Shown piece after piece: positions 54,154 through 56,678 of a stretch of DNA of 56,678 nucleotides (position 1 is the stretch's first letter; every line of letters begins with the position of its first letter). A program made the translations under genes and the position numbers. This DNA comes from Pseudomonadota bacterium (GTDB taxonomy: Bacteria > Pseudomonadota > Alphaproteobacteria > SHVP01): the NCBI GenBank assembly GCA_022566715.1, contig JADFIH010000003.1:1-56678 (forward strand), written 5' to 3'. The notes beneath the pieces were generated by a model, which saw only the letters and a list, made by a program, of their open reading frames with translations, did not search any database and had not been told where the DNA came from.

Positions 54154-54861
54154 ATGGACGAGGAAAATCCTCAGAAGCCGCGTGTAACGATCAACGATCC
54201 GAGCGTTTCTCTGTTTCTGGGTCTTTACCTGATCCTGCTTGCTTTCTTCATTCTGCTCAGCACGATCTCCTCGCTCTCCGCGGAAAAGTCCGAGGCCGCG
54301 GTGGGCAGCATCAATTCGGCGTTTCGATCGGACAGCCGGGTCGAGGCCCTTACCGGCGAAAGCCTCTTGTTCGCGCCGGGCGCCGGCCAACTCGACCGGA
54401 AACTTCTTGGGGCCGTGCGGGCGAGCTTCAGTAGCGCGTTTCCCAATGAGGAGCTCAACGAGACCGTCATCGGCAAGTCCGTTCGGTTCGTCATTTCCGC
54501 GGATCAAATTTTTCAGCCGGGTAGCCCGGCGATTCAAGACGAGGCCAGCGATCTTCTTGAAAAGCTCGCGGCTTCCCTGGACTCTTCGGTGCTGGGCTTT
54601 CGCAACGAGATCGAGGTGGTTCTGCGCACCGGAGAGGACCTGCCCTCGGGCGGAACCCCTGAGGGACGGCTGCTCATCGAACGTGCGGGTGCGTTGGCGC
54701 GGGAGATCCTCGCAAAAGGAGTTCACGCCAGATCGGTTCAGACGGGCCTGCGCGCCGGCGCCTCCGGAACCATCGCCTTTTTCTTCCGCCAGACCGAAGA
54801 GACAGCCCCCGTCATAAGCTTCGAGGGCCAATCCATATTTGAGTCAGGTCCGGCGCAATGA
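54154..54861 (+). CDS. Divergent MotB-like protein lacking the conserved TM aspartate
   Basis: TM SLFLGLYLILLAFFILLSTIS followed by plug-like AAVGSINSAF and a degenerate OmpA-like domain. Confidence 0.6.
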   Translation: MDEENPQKPRVTINDPSVSLFLGLYLILLAFFILLSTISSLSAEKSEAAVGSINSAFRSDSRVEALTGESLLFAPGAGQLDRKLLGAVRASFSSAFPNEELNETVIGKSVRFVISADQIFQPGSPAIQDEASDLLEKLAASLDSSVLGFRNEIEVVLRTGEDLPSGGTPEGRLLIERAGALAREILAKGVHARSVQTGLRAGASGTIAFFFRQTEETAPVISFEGQSIFESGPAQ

Positions 54862-55595
54862 GAGACCCCGAATTCGGAAGACACGGCGGCGGCGGCGCCA
54901 AGAAAATCAGTCAGGCGTGGTTGGTCACCTTCGCCGATTTGACGGCCCTGATGCTCACTTTTTTCATCCTTCTTTTCTCCATGTCGAACATCGAATCCTC
55001 GACTTGGGAGACCATCGTCGATTCGTTCAAGCAACAGCTCAATCCCTCCAAATCCGGCCAAGGCCAGTCGACGGGGGAACGCAACGAAGTGACTCGAATC
55101 ATTATTCCCCAATCGACCGATCTTGATTACTTGAATACACTGATCATCGGAAAAATTCGCGATCATCCCCTGTTGTCGCGCGCTATCCTTACGCGGCTCG
55201 ATGACGGGCTGGTAATTTCACTGCCGAGCGACGCCTTATTCGAGACCGGCAGCGCAACTCTAACCGAAGCCGCGGGCGAGGCGGCGGGGCTGCTGGTCGA
55301 GGTTCTGGGTCTGGTTGACAATCGGGTCGACATACATGGCCATTCCGATCCCACGCCGATTGATGGCGGCGAATTCGTCTCGAACTGGGAACTTTCGGTG
55401 GGCCGCGCCCTATCCCTGGCGACGATGCTTCTCGACGCCGGGCTCAATAAAGACATTGCGGCCTTTGGCTTCGCTGATTCAAGATACGCCGACATTTCCA
55501 GCGAATTTACCGAGGAACAGCGCTTGAGCCTGGGCCGCCGAGTCGACGTGGTGATCCGTGAGGGCGAAGACGGAGCGGACTCGAATGCGCCCTAG
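54858..55595 (+). CDS. motB: Flagellar stator protein MotB
   Basis: WLVTFADLTALMLTFFILLFS, LFETGSA, HGHSD, SNWELSVGRA, RRVDVVI; ATGA overlap with upstream gene. Confidence 0.9.
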   Translation: MRDPEFGRHGGGGAKKISQAWLVTFADLTALMLTFFILLFSMSNIESSTWETIVDSFKQQLNPSKSGQGQSTGERNEVTRIIIPQSTDLDYLNTLIIGKIRDHPLLSRAILTRLDDGLVISLPSDALFETGSATLTEAAGEAAGLLVEVLGLVDNRVDIHGHSDPTPIDGGEFVSNWELSVGRALSLATMLLDAGLNKDIAAFGFADSRYADISSEFTEEQRLSLGRRVDVVIREGEDGADSNAP

Positions 55596-56678
55596 CGCGA
55601 TAGCCGAAGTAATGGAACCGGAGTGTTCGACCGCTCCGGAAAAAATTGCTCACCTTTTCAAAAAGCTTGAGCGGCTTTATCCGTTCGGTGATGGCCCCCC
55701 GAAGTTTTCAACGAGGCGGCTCCGCCTGAACGGAATCCGCGCCAGGCCCAAGACCCGCCTCTTACTCCGGCCGATTTGGCTCCGGCCGATTTGGCTCCGG
55801 CCGAGGCGGCCTCGGCCGATATGGCCTCTTTGGCTGGCCGCCGCGGGCCTTGCTTTCTCGTTGGTGCTGAGCCCCGCGTTGGCGCAGGATCGCGTTCAGA
55901 CGCGTGCCTGGCCGCATCCGGGGTTCGCCCGCATCGTGTTCGATTGGCCGGCCCCGGTCGCCTACACGGCGCGGATCGAGGGGGCGTCGCTCATCATCGA
56001 CTTCGAACGCAGCCTAAGCAGCGACTTTGCCCGAATGGAGCGTTTTCTCCCGGAATACGTTTCCGGGGCAAGCCTTAGCGAGGACGGCAAAACCCTGACG
56101 GTGGCGCTGAAGGGAGCGTTCGGGCTGCGCACGAGCACGAGCAACACCTCAATTGTCGTCGACCTTCTGCTGGAGCCGGGCAATCCCAAGGCGGAGGTGG
56201 AGGCAAAACCTCCGGAACCGGAAAAGGTCAGGGTTCGTTTCGGCGAACACCCGAACTTCACGCGCGTCGTCTTCGATTGGACGCGCAATGTCGACTACAA
56301 GGTCGAGAAGACGGGTGCGACGGTGGGTATCCGGTTTGGCAGCGACGCCCGTTTCGACCTCAGCCGCCTCGCGAGCGGCGAGTTCCCCTTGGTGAACACG
56401 GCGTCCTCGAGGTCGGAGAACGGCCGCGCCGTCGTCGAGCTTCAGGTGGCGGACGCCACACGCTTCAGGCATTTTCGCGACGGGACCAAGGTCGTCATCG
56501 ACATTCTACGGGGCGCCGGCCGGGCGGACGCGGCTCCGGCGCGAAAGGCGCTCCAAGAAACGGCTGGGGACGAGACGGCGGCGCCTCAAGCTCCACCGCC
56601 CGTGGCCCTGCCGGCACCGCCCCCGCCGCTGCCCAGACGGAAGCCGGACCTCGCGGCCGACCCGGCGGCGCCCCGGCC
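55585..56678 (+). CDS. Large exported flagellar-locus protein with two AMIN-like N-terminal repeats (3' end outside window)
   Basis: Frame open from ATG 55585 (GGAG upstream) to window end; signal peptide LWLAAAGLAFSLVLSPALA-Q; repeats HPGFARIVFDW and HPNFTRVVFDW. Missing from ORF track because no stop. Confidence 0.75.
   Translation, partial: MRPSAIAEVMEPECSTAPEKIAHLFKKLERLYPFGDGPPKFSTRRLRLNGIRARPKTRLLLRPIWLRPIWLRPRRPRPIWPLWLAAAGLAFSLVLSPALAQDRVQTRAWPHPGFARIVFDWPAPVAYTARIEGASLIIDFERSLSSDFARMERFLPEYVSGASLSEDGKTLTVALKGAFGLRTSTSNTSIVVDLLLEPGNPKAEVEAKPPEPEKVRVRFGEHPNFTRVVFDWTRNVDYKVEKTGATVGIRFGSDARFDLSRLASGEFPLVNTASSRSENGRAVVELQVADATRFRHFRDGTKVVIDILRGAGRADAAPARKALQETAGDETAAPQAPPPVALPAPPPPLPRRKPDLAADPAAPR
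55592..55745 (+). repeat. Dispersed double-hairpin repeat, copy C (in-frame within a CDS)
   Basis: CTAGCGCGATAGCCGAAGT...CGGAAAAAATTGCTCACCTTTTCAAAAAGCTTGAGCGGCTTTATCCGTTC...TCCGCCTGAACGGA...GCCAG. Confidence 0.7.

Overview
High-GC alphaproteobacterial chromosome segment (Rhodospirillales/Caulobacter-type flagellar regulation; taxonomy inferred from gene content). Left to right: (1) end of a periplasmic nitrate reductase operon (napB 3' end, napC); (2) an SPFH/QmcA-NfeD-rhomboid operon; (3) a ~14.6 kb uncharacterised catabolic cluster (3.7-18.3 kb) with two intact and one internally deleted paralogue of a ~370-aa SAM-methyltransferase-fold family, a flavin monooxygenase, a TAXI-TRAP transporter, an Asp/Glu-racemase/maleate-isomerase homologue lacking both catalytic cysteines, a PuuE-like hydrolase, a CoA-transferase/acyl-CoA dehydrogenase pair, an amidase with a small partner, and a histone-H1-like fusion protein; (4) a large flagellar region (18.4-56.7 kb): a FlaEY-like beta-propeller protein, a 12-gene unusual-sugar biosynthesis operon with phased CtrA-box arrays, a TPR-GT41 glycosyltransferase, two short Ser/Thr-rich flagellins with two FlbT and two FlaF paralogues, flaG, an inserted ECF sigma/SnoaL pair, flgI-flgJ-flbY, fliX, a dksA with a long basic tail, flgFGAH, fliL-fliM-pflI-motE, cheY-cheZ, two motB paralogues and a truncated exported protein. 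The sigma54/IHF/FlbD(ftr)/CtrA cis-regulatory architecture can be read directly from the DNA. Best candidates for undescribed biology: the flagellin-glycosylation island (no Pse/Leg genes in the window; transketolase-derived sugar plus GT41), and the methyltransferase/H1-fusion catabolic cluster. No rRNA, tRNA, CRISPR array or transposase was seen. All family calls come from motif recognition by eye; no database searches were run.
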